A stretch of 64,000 nucleotides of DNA, from positions 1,120,001-1,184,000 of the forward strand of contig OY968764.1 in assembly GCA_963695335.1 (NCBI GenBank), read 5' to 3'. The notes beneath the pieces were generated by a model. That model was not told the origin of the DNA, did not search any database, and saw only the letters and a list, made by a program, of their open reading frames with translations. This DNA comes from an uncultured bacterium. GTDB lineage: Bacteria > Babelota > Babeliae > Babelales > Vermiphilaceae. The position numbers and the translations under genes were made by a program. Shown here piece by piece: positions 1 to 11,183 of the stretch; position 1 is the stretch's first letter, and each line of letters begins with the position of its first letter.

Positions 1-3000
1 AAATGAAATAGGGTACAAAAATCTTTGTAAACTCATCTCATATTCATATCAAGAAGGATTTTATTTTAAACCACGCATCGATTACGACATTCTTGAAAAA
101 CATTCAGAAGGCCTTATTGTCACCACCGCATGTCTTGGTGGCCATATTCCTAAGCTATTAATGTCACGATCAAATCAGCAGAAGCAGAAGAGCGTATTGA
201 TTGGTTTTTAAGAGTATTTGGCCGAGATCGATTTTATCTTGAAGTGCAACCAGAAGATCAACAAGAACAAGTTATTTTAAATCAAAAATTGTTTGAGTTG
301 GCGCAACGAAAAAAATATTAATTGTGTTGCTGCAGGCGATTGCCATTATGTTGCGCTCGATGATCATGAAGCGCATGAAATTATGCTTGCAATTCAAACA
401 CAATCACAAATTGACTGATCCCGATCGCTTCATTTGGTGATTGCCGCGTGTACATGCGCACCACAGAAGAAATGCTTGATGAATTTAAAGATCATCCAGA
501 AGCGGTGTGGAATGCTGGCGTAATTGCTGATATGTGTAATTTTGATTTTGAAACAGATAAACTCTTTTTCCCACAATTTGAAATTCCTGCAGAACATACA
601 CAAGAAACATATTTTGCACACATGTGCCGCATAGGTCTGCAACGATTAATAGACCAAAAACTTATTCCACAAGATCAAATAGAAGCATATCGATGCACGG
701 CTTAGAATTAGAAATCGATCTGATTATCAGCATGGGATTTGTTGGTTACTTTTTGGTAGTGAGTGATTTTATTCAATGGGCAAAACGCAATGGCATTCCT
801 GTTGGCCCTGGCCGTGGTTCTGCAGCAGGATCACTAGTTGCATGGGCATTGCAAATTACTGATATTGATCCACTTAAATATAATCTTCTTTTTGAACGAT
901 TTTTAAATCCTGAACGTGTCAGCATGCCTGATATCGATATCGATTTTTGTATTGAAGGGCGTGAAAAAGTTATTCAATATGTGCGTGATAAATATGGCCA
1001 TGACAAAGTGTGTCAAATCATCACCTTTGGTACCATGATGGCAAAAGGTGTTATCAAAGATGTTGCACGTGTACTTGGATTTTCATTTGAAGATTCAAAT
1101 GCAATCACCAATCTTGATTCCTGAACAACTTAAAATTACGCTTAATGAAGCATTAGAACAAGAACCACGCTTAAAGAATTGATCGACAATAATCCACAAG
1201 TACCAAACATATTTTTGATATCGCATTTAAACTTGAAGGCCTAACCCGCCATGCATCAAAACATGCTGCTGGCATTGTGATTTCACCAGAACCAATTGAT
1301 GAAGTATTACCAGTTTATATTCCACCAAAAAGCAATGAATTGGTGACGCAATATGCAATGACTGAACTTGAAAGCATTGGATTTCTAAAAATGGATTTTT
1401 TGGGACTTAAAAACTTAACGCTCATTGATCGAGTACTGCAACTGATCAAAAAAAATCATAATGTTATGCTTGATATGAATAAACTCCCACTTGATGATGC
1501 AAAAACATTTGCACTGATTTGCGAAGGTAAAACATCAGGAGTGTTCCAGTTAGAATCTAATGGCCTAAAAGAAGTATTACGCAAACTGAAACCAGAAAAA
1601 TTTGAAGATATTATTGCGGTAAACGCACTGTATCGCCCAGGACCACTTGGTCTGGCATGGTCGATGATTTTATTGAACGTAGACATGGCGCAAAAAATTA
1701 AATATCTATTCCCTGAACTAGAACCAATTTTAGCAAGAAACATATGGTGTTATTGTATACCAAGAACAGGTAATGAAAATTGCTTCTGCAATTGGTGGTT
1801 ATTCACTTGGCGAAGCGGATATTTTACGCCGTGCAATGGGTAAGAAAAAAGCAGAAGAGATGGCAGAACAAAGTGCAATATTTGTTGAAAAAGCAACCGC
1901 ACGCAATTTTGATGGTAAAAAAGCAGAAGAACTTTTTGATCTAATGGCATATTTTGCTGGATACGGTTTTAATAAATCACACTCTGCTGCTTATGCACTT
2001 ATTGCCTATCAAACCGCATATCTAAAAGCAAACTATTTACCTGAATTTATGGCATGTCTTATTTCTTTAGAAGCCACGCATCCAGAAAAAATGTCATTCT
2101 ACTTACAAGAAGCAAAAGATTTAGGCATTACATTGTTGCCACCAGATATCAATAGATCAAGCATTGATTTTTCTGTTGTTGATGGCAACATTTTATTTGG
2201 ATTACAGGGAATTAAAAATGTTGGCCTTGCAGCGCTTGAAAATATTATTGAAGAACGCAGTAAAAAAGGCCCATTTAAAGATTTACTCGATTTTTGTAAA
2301 CGTGTAGATCTGCGCACAGCAAATAAGCGAGTGATTGAAAGTCTTATTTGTGCAGGTGCATTTGATACACTGCCCGGCAACCGTGCGCAAAAATACAAAG
2401 ACGTTGAACATATCATTGATCTTGCAACTACTCATAAAAAAAATAGCCTCACCGGGCAAATGGATTTATTTTCTATGGGCAAAAAAAATAGTGGTAGCGA
2501 CGATGAGTTACATATATTCTCTGCGTTGTCAGAATGGTCTGATAAAGAAAAGCTAGAAAAAGAACGGGAAGTTATCGGTTTTTACATCAGCTCACATCCA
2601 CTCGAAACGTATAAAAAACAGTGTGCATGGTTTGCTATTGAATCATTTGAAACTGCAACGGAAAAAGCAAAAAAAGCATCCGGAGAACATACAACGCTCT
2701 GCTGCGGACTGCTTAAAACACGCAAAGACATTGTCACCAAAAAAGGTGATCGCATGTCTTTCTTACAATTTGAAGATATGTCTGGAACTGCTGAAATTAT
2801 TGCGTTTCCCAAAACATTTGCAAAAGCCGAAAAATGGTTGAGTTCCTACCATGTTTTTATCATCAAAGGTACAGTTGATACTGAAGTAGAAACTGGTTGT
2901 AAAATAAAAGCTAATGATATTGTTCCTATTGAATTGGTGCTCAGCGAATGGCCGAATATTGAATATATATCACTTGTGCTACCAGATGAAGCAACAGAAG

Positions 3001-3173
3001 AAACAGTGACAGCTATTAAAGAGCTGATGACCAAAGGAACTTCTCCGCTGCATGTTATTTTCCATGAAAATGAAAAAAAATTGCGCTTAACAACAAAAGA
3101 AAAAATTCTTTTGAATGCTGAAAGTGCGCAAGCTTTGGAACAGTATAATATTACGATACAGTGTGGTTTATAA
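1..3173 (+). CDS. dnaE: DNA polymerase III alpha subunit, 5'-truncated by the window edge, with many apparent indel frameshifts before ~1770
   Basis: Consecutive frames give PHP-domain fragments, [55 protein letters not shown] and a C-terminal OB-fold (TKKGDRM). Essential gene, so shifts are most likely sequencing errors. Confidence 0.95.
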
Positions 3174-3188
3174 TTTGACGTTCGTTTA

Positions 3189-3265
3189 CTTCGACAAGCT
3201 CAGTACGAACGGGATATAAATTTTTTTCTCTCCGTTCGTGGTGAGCCTGTCGAACCATACGAACG
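3189..3265. repeat. REP-like palindrome doublet, family 1 variant
   Basis: cttcgacaagctcagtacgaacgg...ccgttcgtggtgagcctgtcgaaccatacgaacg; same motif at 5345-5440 and 63499-63531. Confidence 0.8.
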
Positions 3266-3272
3266 ATAAAAA

Positions 3273-3791
3273 TTACTTCCCCAAATACTCAACCGCATGC
3301 TCATGCAGAACATCAAAATGTTCTCGTAGCACAACAACAAAATCTTCAACATGTTTTTTATTCTGATCAAGATCATCAAGCATCTGTTCAAGCCACTGTT
3401 TTTTTTGTCCAAAAGAATCAACGAGCACCTGCACATGTGCTTGTACTTTTATAACCATTCCTAAGGAAAGATAAAGCTGAATCAACTGACGATGAAGTGA
3501 CATTTCCGCAGGCTGCAAAACAACCAAATGTTCACCAACCGCAGCAGCCTCAAGAAAACGATGAGATTTTTTATACGCTTCCATTGCCTGATAATACAAC
3601 GCAACCGCTAATTCCGTTTCACCAAAAGAACAATAAATATCAGCCTCAAGCTGATATTTAATAGCATTATCATTAAAAGAGTGAGAAAGCAGGCGGTATA
3701 CACCTAATGCGCGCTCTTTTTCACCACGAGACACGCATTCAGCAATTTTAAACCATGCAATATTATGTTTATCAAATTGCGCCTGCTTCAT
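3273..3791 (-). CDS. TPR-like helical hypothetical protein
   Basis: 172-aa ORF with TPR-like pattern (YQLEADIYCSFGETELAVALYYQAMEAY). Confidence 0.65.
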   Translation of the reverse strand: MKQAQFDKHNIAWFKIAECVSRGEKERALGVYRLLSHSFNDNAIKYQLEADIYCSFGETELAVALYYQAMEAYKKSHRFLEAAAVGEHLVVLQPAEMSLHRQLIQLYLSLGMVIKVQAHVQVLVDSFGQKKQWLEQMLDDLDQNKKHVEDFVVVLREHFDVLHEHAVEYLGK

Positions 3792-3810
3792 ATGTCACCC
3801 TCTGTTTTAA

Positions 3811-4116
3811 TTATTTTTTCTCAGCACTATTGGTACGCTGCAAAACTCGTGTTTTTATGTTTTCTTCTTTTACAAAAACGTCACTTTCTCGCGACTGGCT
3901 TCTTACACGACTATACACAGGTGAATCTTCTCTTTTCAAAGGCGAATCCACACTCAAAGTCTCACCATCTGTTAGCCGTCGGCCTTTGGTGACAGGTTGT
4001 AATGGAGTCCCACTACTTTTACGAGGAGATAATTTAATGACTTGACTAGATTGTTCCATTGAACACAAAAAAGAAGATGCTGTTATGCTTACCAGCATCA
4101 AAAGCACTTTGTTCAT
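3811..4116 (-). CDS. Small exported hypothetical protein (signal peptide + SME)
   Basis: MNKVLLMLVSITASSFLCSMEQ, aagga RBS upstream; Ser/Arg-rich tail. Confidence 0.65.
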   Translation of the reverse strand: MNKVLLMLVSITASSFLCSMEQSSQVIKLSPRKSSGTPLQPVTKGRRLTDGETLSVDSPLKREDSPVYSRVRSQSRESDVFVKEENIKTRVLQRTNSAEKK

Positions 4117-4277
4117 CGTATTTCCTTTTTTATTAAATACTCGCGACAAATATGTGAATAAAAAAATTTACCACGATAAAACAGAATTAACAATAAACAA
4201 AAAAGATATGCAAGAATTTTTAAAATAAGAATTTTAATGGAAAAGAAAAAAGATTTAATCTGACTTTTTATTAGTTA

Positions 4278-4426
4278 GTCTAGCATACACCTTCGATCCG
4301 TTTTCGCCTACGGCTTCTTCGGACTCACGCTACGTCGGACAGTCTTCGCTTCTGCTATCAAACTTTTTATATTATCAAAGTTATTATACTGCGGCGCAGC
4401 CAGACGAAGCTCGTTAGAGCGAAGAC
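4278..4426 (-). repeat. tRNA 3'-trailer structured element, copy after tRNA-Phe
   Basis: Starts immediately after CCA; closely similar to 39681-39828 and related to 33078-33223 and 33404-33550. Confidence 0.85.
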
Positions 4427-4501
4427 TGGTGCCGGGAGTCGGAATTGAACCAACGACGCGAAGCTCTTCAGGCTTCCGCTCTACCACTGAGCTACCCCGG
4501 C
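4427..4501 (-). tRNA. tRNA-Phe (GAA)
   Basis: Minus strand GCCGGGGTAGCTCAGTGGTAGAGC...CTGAAGA loop...GGTTCAATTCC...GGCACCA; cloverleaf folds. Confidence 0.97.
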
Positions 4502-4569
4502 GATGACAAAAAACTATCAATGTATGCAATTATGGTACCTGTTTGTAGGTTTTTGTCAATAAAAAGTGA

Positions 4570-5328
4570 CTATTTCTTCTTACAATATAAAGGCTTCGCC
4601 CTTCCCGCCTTCATAGCCTTAGGAACTGGGATCAAATCTCCCGTAATAACATCAAAAATATATGCATATATTGGAATGTTTGATGGTATCAATGGATGAT
4701 TACGAATTTTTTTAACGTCTTCAAGCATTGATTCAGCCAATCCATGGTTAATAGTGCGCCAATCAATACATCCATCTTTACATGGATTTGTTCCACAGCA
4801 ACTGCTAATATTAACCCACTTACATGCACTATTAGGCTCTAATGGACACAATGTTGTGTTACAGTTTTTAATAAGTTTTGCTTTCACTAAACTGCCGCGT
4901 AATAAATTATTCATAACATGATCAGTAAATTTCTGCATACCACAATCAGTGTGTTGGATAAGCATGATTTGTTCTACTTCAAGCAATTTATAAAGAATAA
5001 TAATTGACCTAATCCAATCTTCAGTCACCCTTCCTCCAGCATTACGCAAAATATACGTCCCAGGAGTCACTGTACTTAAAAAATCATTCAAACGATAATC
5101 CATACAGGTAATAATAGCCGCTTTTCTTACAGAAAACATATCCGGTTGAGGAATATATGTTTCTTCAAAAACGTCATCTGCGGCTAAAACTTGTGCAAGA
5201 AATTCACTATTTTCTGCATTGATAACTTCTTCATGCTTATTGCAAGGTGCCAACTTCTTTCTCGTGACATCATCATCACAAAGCGTAAGCATGCCACACA
5301 TCAGTAATGGCAATAACAATCTCTTCAT
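4570..5328 (-). CDS. Beta-class carbonic anhydrase with N-terminal signal peptide and Cys-rich insert
   Basis: Zn motifs CMDYR and HTDCG, RNAGGRV, YIFDVITG; start MKRLLLPLLMCG after aaaggag RBS. Confidence 0.85.
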   Translation of the reverse strand: MKRLLLPLLMCGMLTLCDDDVTRKKLAPCNKHEEVINAENSEFLAQVLAADDVFEETYIPQPDMFSVRKAAIITCMDYRLNDFLSTVTPGTYILRNAGGRVTEDWIRSIIILYKLLEVEQIMLIQHTDCGMQKFTDHVMNNLLRGSLVKAKLIKNCNTTLCPLEPNSACKWVNISSCCGTNPCKDGCIDWRTINHGLAESMLEDVKKIRNHPLIPSNIPIYAYIFDVITGDLIPVPKAMKAGRAKPLYCKKK

Positions 5329-5344
5329 CGGAACTCCTTTGTTT

Positions 5345-5440
5345 GTATTCGTGGTAAGCCTGTTTAATCCCATCTTCAGTTTCTTTCAACGGGGACCCCG
5401 ATTGGAACAAAGTGGAAATTGGGGCAAAACCATACGAACG
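5345..5440. repeat. Family-1 REP interrupted by a family-3 (GGGGWCCCC double hairpin) element
   Basis: ttcgtggtaagcctgt[ttaatcccatc...ggggacccc...ggggcaa]aaccatacgaacg versus uninterrupted copy at 3232-3265. Confidence 0.8.
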
Positions 5441-5554
5441 CTCTTTTTATTTATCTTTCACTATTCTATAATTCATATCAAATTGCCAAGGATATCATTC
5501 TTTGTTATCTTGTTTACATATAAAAACCACTTTTTTATCCTTGCGGAATAATGT

Positions 5555-6592
5555 ATGAAAAGCCTCTCACAAGAACTTGAAATAATTAAAAAAGAACTTA
5601 CGGCAGCCATTGCCGCTGCAACCAATGAAAGCTCCTTGGAAGCAGTCCGTGTTGCATTTTTAGGCCGTAAAGGCAAAATTGCTGACCTCATGGAGCAGCT
5701 TAAAAATTTATCTATCGATGAAAAAAAAATAGTTGGTCCACTTCTCAACCAACTCAAAACAGATGCTCAGCAACAACTTGATGATCGCATAACATCACTC
5801 AAACAAGAAGAATCTGCTCAGAAAAAATTATCTCACAAAAATTTTGATGTTTCTGCATACAAACACACCGAACTTAAAGGAACATCTCATATTTACACTC
5901 AAATCATCGCTGATCTAGAAGATATTTTTATATCTATGGGATATAACATAGCTGATGGCCCTGAAGTGGAAAATGAGTTCTATAACTTTGAATCACTCAA
6001 TATTCCTGCAGATCATCCAGCGCGCGAGGCAGAAGATTCATTCTTTTTAGAAAAAAAGGGTCTTCTTTTGCGCACACAATGTTCTAACGTGCAAGTTCGC
6101 GTTATGCAAAACTCCCAACCCCCCATTGCTATCTTTTCACCAGGAAGAACGTATCGACAAGAAGCAACGGATCAAACACATGATTATCAATTCACACAGT
6201 ACGAAGTGATGCTTATTGATAAAAATATATCAGTGAGCAATTTGCTTGCCACTGCGCGCACTTTTCTACAAAGAATATTAGACAATGACACTATCGAAAT
6301 CAGAGCGCGTCCTGGATTTTTCCCATTTGTCGAACCAGGAATAGAAATTGATGCTTCATGTCCTTTCTGCACAACAGGTTGCTCTGTTTGCAAGCATACA
6401 CGCTGGATTGAGCTGTTTGGTAGCGGCATCATTCATCCTAATGTACTACGTGCTGGTGGCATTGACCCAACTGTTTATTCTGGATTTGCATTGGGTGGTG
6501 GTGTTGAACGCCTTGCCATGATTAAATATGGCATTAATGATATTCGCTTGTTCCATTCCAGCAAAATAAAATTCTTAAACCAGTTTGCTTAA
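5555..6592 (+). CDS. pheS: Phenylalanine-tRNA ligase alpha subunit
   Basis: NFESLNIPADHPAR, LLRTQCS, FPFVEPG, GVERLAM; CxxC...CxxC insert; pheT not adjacent. Confidence 0.96.
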   Translation: MKSLSQELEIIKKELTAAIAAATNESSLEAVRVAFLGRKGKIADLMEQLKNLSIDEKKIVGPLLNQLKTDAQQQLDDRITSLKQEESAQKKLSHKNFDVSAYKHTELKGTSHIYTQIIADLEDIFISMGYNIADGPEVENEFYNFESLNIPADHPAREAEDSFFLEKKGLLLRTQCSNVQVRVMQNSQPPIAIFSPGRTYRQEATDQTHDYQFTQYEVMLIDKNISVSNLLATARTFLQRILDNDTIEIRARPGFFPFVEPGIEIDASCPFCTTGCSVCKHTRWIELFGSGIIHPNVLRAGGIDPTVYSGFALGGGVERLAMIKYGINDIRLFHSSKIKFLNQFA

Positions 6593-6664
6593 ACCCAATT
6601 CTCTTGAATAGCACGCACCTATTTTATTATATTAACCCAGAGTCTATCTTGAAATTTAATCCTT

Positions 6665-6740
6665 CCCGCTCGTCCTGAGCCTGTCGAAGGATATCTTCGA
6701 GCGCTCGAAAGATACCCTTCAACAAGTTCAGGGCCAGCGC
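6665..6740. repeat. Family-1 REP doublet (REPIN-like)
   Basis: cgctcgtcctgagcctgtcgaagg-atatcttcgagcgctcgaaagata-cccttcaacaagttcagggccagcg inverted pair. Confidence 0.85.
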
Positions 6741-6798
6741 ATGAAAAGAATTTATAAAGATAAATTCGTAAAAAATAGGGAAAAAGAAAGGGATTGTG

Positions 6799-7743
6799 AT
6801 GAAAAAGTTATTATCCACTGTTTGCATGCTTTCTCTAGCACAAACATCTCAAACTATGGAAACCGCTATGAAAATAAATAAAGCTGTTATTCCTGCTGCT
6901 GGTCTTGGAACACGTTTTTTACCTTACACAAAATCAATTCCAAAAGAAATGCTACCCATCTTAGAAAAACCATCAATCCAAATAATTGTTGAAGAAGGCC
7001 TTGGGTGTGGAATCAATGATTTTATTATTATCGCTAATGATGATAAACAAGCGCTGAAAAACTTTCTTTCTCATCAACCAGCACTTGAAAATGAACTTGC
7101 TGAACGAGGAAAATTAAATCTTCTTGAAGATCTCAACAAAATTATCGATGCGGCACAATTTAATTTTGTTCCACAATCAAAAGCACTTGGCCTTGGCCAT
7201 GCTGTACTCCAAACAAAAAGCGCTGTTGGTGACGAATATTTTGGTATTTTTTTACCTGATGAAATTATGGTTGGTGAAGTTCCTGCACTTGCACAACTTA
7301 TTGAAGTTGCACAAAAATATAACGCTTCAGTTATTGGGGTGCTCGAAGTTCCTCACGATAAAGTGTCATCATACGGTATTATTTCTATCAGAGAACAGTT
7401 AGAAGATGGAGTTTTTGACGTTGCTGAATTAGTTGAAAAACCTGCAGTTGAGCGAGCACCATCAAATTTAGCAATTGTAGGCCGTTATATTCTTTCTCCG
7501 CGCATTTTTGCTTCTTTGGAACGCACCAAACCTGGCGCCGGCAATGAAATTCAATTAACTGATGGAATTCTTGATATGATGCGCAATGGTGAGCGTGTTA
7601 TTGCATACGTTATGAATACATCACGTTATGATGTTGGCAATCCACTTGGATGGCTCCAAGCAAATATTGATATTGGATTTAAAAACCCAAAACTTGGCCC
7701 TGCTTTAAAAGAATATTGCGCGAAATTAATGGCAACTAAATAA
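6799..7743 (+). CDS. galU: UTP-glucose-1-phosphate uridylyltransferase with signal-peptide-like N-terminal extension
   Basis: KAVIPAAGLGTRFLPYTKSIPKEMLP, GLGHAV, VEKP, EIQLTD. Confidence 0.93.
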   Translation: MKKLLSTVCMLSLAQTSQTMETAMKINKAVIPAAGLGTRFLPYTKSIPKEMLPILEKPSIQIIVEEGLGCGINDFIIIANDDKQALKNFLSHQPALENELAERGKLNLLEDLNKIIDAAQFNFVPQSKALGLGHAVLQTKSAVGDEYFGIFLPDEIMVGEVPALAQLIEVAQKYNASVIGVLEVPHDKVSSYGIISIREQLEDGVFDVAELVEKPAVERAPSNLAIVGRYILSPRIFASLERTKPGAGNEIQLTDGILDMMRNGERVIAYVMNTSRYDVGNPLGWLQANIDIGFKNPKLGPALKEYCAKLMATK

Positions 7744-7745
7744 GT

Positions 7746-8951
7746 TTATATATGCAGCTCCTGATAGCCATTATCATAAACCTTAGAATAACTATAGCCA
7801 AAAACTTGATGCTGATCTTTATGATCCTGCAACATTTTGGCTATTTCTTTTCTCTCATCACTCACCTTAGGAGCATGGAAAAGATGCTTTAACTTGGGGG
7901 TATTATAATCAATCGCTGTTTTACCTTTCTTATCTTTTAAACGCACATCAGCATCTGCACTATTCAAAAGCTCCATAACCGCCTCAAGATTTTCTTTCTT
8001 AACTGCATAATGCAGTGGAGTCTTTTCATAAAAATCTCTACCATTCACATATGCACCTTTTTCAAGCGCTTTTTTTATAACAGTATCAAACCCACGCTCA
8101 GCAGCATAATGTAACACAGATTTTTTACCATCTTTGGTAGCACTTTCAACGGGTAAAATATCTTTATCAATTAAATCAAACAATACCTGCTCATCAGCAT
8201 AAAATATAACATATGGGAATGCTCTATCATCTACACAACCTCCACACATATTTTTTATAAGGTCCGTATTATGTGATAAAGATGCATTATAAAATATAGC
8301 ATCTATGTCATAATCTGTGCCTGTTTTTAACAAATCAAATACAGTTAATCCACTTTCTGACAAAATTGTATTAGCTTTATCTATTTTCTTAGAATCTTGA
8401 GAATCTATTGCTTCCCTTACATAGCGGAACATACGCCTATGAATATTTTTTAAACGACTATAATGCTCACGATAGCAACGCATTTCCTCTTGTATTGTTA
8501 TTTCTGGCTTTCGATGATGCGCTTTTTCCCCTTTTATTATTACCTCATACTTCTTTTTGTTTTTTCTAATACATCTTTCAATATCGCCCTTTCTTATATT
8601 TCTATGATGAAACCATACATGCTTGAACATCTGTTCATCATACCTCAGCGCAAAATGAACCAACATCTTAGTACATTGATAATAACTCTTCGCACAATGA
8701 TTACATGCATATGTTGAACACACATCATCACGCGAATAGGAACAATTCCGATCGGTATCATACAACTGATTATAATATTTAGATAATTGTTTAAGACGGG
8801 ATATCTCCTGAAACGTAAGCCATGATTGTATCTGATTACGAGCAATATCTTGGGGCAATAACATCATACTTGATGTTACCGGTTTATTTTTTTCCATGGA
8901 ATATAAAGGGCTCATGATAACAATGAACAATACTATAAACTGTTTGTACAT
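7746..8951 (-). CDS. Exported F-box-like + ankyrin-repeat protein
   Basis: Signal peptide ending SME; LLPQDIARNQIQSWLTFQEISRLKQLSKYYNQL (F-box-like); ankyrin repeats SVLHYAAERG, TPLHYAVKKEN, GKTAIDY. Confidence 0.85.
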   Translation of the reverse strand: MYKQFIVLFIVIMSPLYSMEKNKPVTSSMMLLPQDIARNQIQSWLTFQEISRLKQLSKYYNQLYDTDRNCSYSRDDVCSTYACNHCAKSYYQCTKMLVHFALRYDEQMFKHVWFHHRNIRKGDIERCIRKNKKKYEVIIKGEKAHHRKPEITIQEEMRCYREHYSRLKNIHRRMFRYVREAIDSQDSKKIDKANTILSESGLTVFDLLKTGTDYDIDAIFYNASLSHNTDLIKNMCGGCVDDRAFPYVIFYADEQVLFDLIDKDILPVESATKDGKKSVLHYAAERGFDTVIKKALEKGAYVNGRDFYEKTPLHYAVKKENLEAVMELLNSADADVRLKDKKGKTAIDYNTPKLKHLFHAPKVSDERKEIAKMLQDHKDQHQVFGYSYSKVYDNGYQELHI

Positions 8952-9146
8952 AATCAATACATCCTCACTTTGTTTTTTTGAACATAAAACAAATAACAAT
9001 TATGTACAACGTCAAGAATCAAAAAATCAAGAAAAAGGAGAGAAACCCCGCAACAACAACCATCACCCTTGTATTATCACCCTCAAAAATTATATCTTAT
9101 GAATATCAAGCTCTTTGCGTCATAAGCCTAACGATTAAGGGTGGCA

Positions 9147-10058
9147 ATGAAATATGCAAAAAAAATAGTTTGTTGTATCGCAATACTCAACAGCATTGCA
9201 TTGCCCTATACAACTGATAAAACCAATAAAAATTACATACAACGCCGAAATCAAAAAACAAAAGAACGGCGAGATGGTACACCGCAAGAGCGCGCACAAC
9301 GAGCTGATAAACCATGGTTGCGCGAAAATCCTCCCGCAAGGCGCCGTGTCACGTGCACACTCGCAGAAGTAGCAAGCGATGCCATATGGGTTAATTTAGG
9401 TCTTTTTTCATGGGATTCACTCAAAATATTTGCAACCACAGCACCTTTTTTTGTTGGCGCTCGTATGATTGATGAAAAATTGCATCACTGTTTTTTTGAT
9501 CAAAGACATAAGAAAAATAGATATGAACCTGCTCAATGGGTTAAAGAAACTGCACGTTTAAGTATCGGAATACCAATTACATTATTGGGATTACAAGCTG
9601 TTTTCAGCCACAATGATGATATGCAAAGAACCAGTCAAGTTTTTTTGACTGGTATGCCGTTTGTATTACTCGCAAAAGATATTATCAAAAAACTTGATTT
9701 TGATGTCTGCAAAAGACCGTTTCATGAAAAGTTTGCAAAACATCAACGTAAATTTGGTGGATTTCCTTCAGGACATTTAGCTGAAGCAACATATACCGCC
9801 GTACTCTATGGCATGCGCTTTGGTCCAAATTTTGCATTGCCTTTGGGTGGCGTTGCGGTATTTGTTAGTATAATATTCTTATCAAGTAACCGTCATTATC
9901 TCTCTCAAATGATCGCTGGTGCTGGTTTTGGTGCAATGTATGCATTTTCTGCCAACCGCCTCATTGATTCAAGATTAGCACACAAAAGAGACTTTCAACT
10001 TGGTCTAACAAGAGATGATTATGGCCAACCTGCAATGCAACTGTCTATGAAATTTTAA
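9147..10058 (+). CDS. PAP2-family phosphatase (membrane)
   Basis: KRP, FPSGH and SNRHY motifs with hydrophobic helices. Confidence 0.85.
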   Translation: MKYAKKIVCCIAILNSIALPYTTDKTNKNYIQRRNQKTKERRDGTPQERAQRADKPWLRENPPARRRVTCTLAEVASDAIWVNLGLFSWDSLKIFATTAPFFVGARMIDEKLHHCFFDQRHKKNRYEPAQWVKETARLSIGIPITLLGLQAVFSHNDDMQRTSQVFLTGMPFVLLAKDIIKKLDFDVCKRPFHEKFAKHQRKFGGFPSGHLAEATYTAVLYGMRFGPNFALPLGGVAVFVSIIFLSSNRHYLSQMIAGAGFGAMYAFSANRLIDSRLAHKRDFQLGLTRDDYGQPAMQLSMKF

Positions 10059-11094
10059 TATTTTTAATTTGTTCGTATTGATTGATAGCTTCCTGTAACA
10101 TACTAACCGCAACTTTTAATTGATTAGCATGCGTGGATATATCAAGAGCTCCTTGATTATATTCCTGCAATAATTTTTCAAAAGGTTCCACTGATACTAC
10201 TGTATTTTTTATAACTTCCTGCGGGATACGCTTTAAAAAACTAAGCCCAGAAGAAAGCAACGCTATCTGCTTCATCTGGTAGTAATGCATCAACTCTTGC
10301 TGCGTGGGTAGCCTATTAAAATAAGCATTCAAAAATAGTTTCTCATGATGAAAATTAGTTACAAAAAATAAGCCCACAGTACCCAAATCATAAAAAGGAT
10401 CATCTTGAGCTGCATCTTCAAAATCAATAATATATAACCGATTTCCCGAAAAAATAATATTACCTGGATTCAAATCACGATGTGTTGGGGCAATAATATC
10501 TGAACGATTTTTAATAATAGAATCGATAATATTTTGTAAGACTTCATAACTAATAGACTGTGGAATTTTACCTTCTTTATGTACATAATCTAATTTTTCT
10601 TCAACTTCCTTAACCTTATCTCTCACTAATGGAAAATCTGGACCTGTATGTATTTTACGTAAAGATTTTCCTAATGCTCTGTACGTATCATCATTCATTC
10701 TATCAGCTTGCGTAAGAGGAGTTGGTTTAATGTATTCCATTATAATCCATCCCTCGTCAATATCCGACGCATACAAATGAGGACCCCAACTATTTTGGGA
10801 TGCAATAGTTTGAACAGCAACTTCTCTTACCTTACTCGCTTCTGACCGATGCCTCATAAATCTCACAACATAATGCTGATCATTACTATCTATTTTATAC
10901 AACTCTGACTCTGACATTCCTCCTTTCAGAGGAACTATTTTTAAATCCTTTGTGCCAGCTAATGCATATAAATTTGATAAAACATTAGTTTGCAAAAATA
11001 TTGATGGAATAGACGGCTTTTTTACCTGCAACGTACATAAAATAAAAGCTGCCAATAAGAATATACATCCTAATACTTTGATCTCTTTTTTCAT
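10045..11094 (-). CDS. Choline/aminoglycoside phosphotransferase-family kinase with N-terminal hydrophobic segment
   Basis: LKGGMS, HRDLNPGN, IIDFE, DPFYDLG motifs. Confidence 0.85.
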   Translation of the reverse strand: MKKEIKVLGCIFLLAAFILCTLQVKKPSIPSIFLQTNVLSNLYALAGTKDLKIVPLKGGMSESELYKIDSNDQHYVVRFMRHRSEASKVREVAVQTIASQNSWGPHLYASDIDEGWIIMEYIKPTPLTQADRMNDDTYRALGKSLRKIHTGPDFPLVRDKVKEVEEKLDYVHKEGKIPQSISYEVLQNIIDSIIKNRSDIIAPTHRDLNPGNIIFSGNRLYIIDFEDAAQDDPFYDLGTVGLFFVTNFHHEKLFLNAYFNRLPTQQELMHYYQMKQIALLSSGLSFLKRIPQEVIKNTVVSVEPFEKLLQEYNQGALDISTHANQLKVAVSMLQEAINQYEQIKNIKIS

Positions 11095-11183
11095 TATTTT
11101 TCTCTTGCTTTATAAAAAATTTTATTTGATCTTAACAAAAATTACACAATCTTAATAATAGACTATACAAACATAGGAATATC

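Noticed and set aside
1..1780. dnaE as a pseudogene, split gene or programmed-frameshift gene
   Set aside because: Many scattered single-base indels with fully conserved motifs in an essential gene, and similar indels in secD and elsewhere, point to sequencing error. No intein motifs seen.
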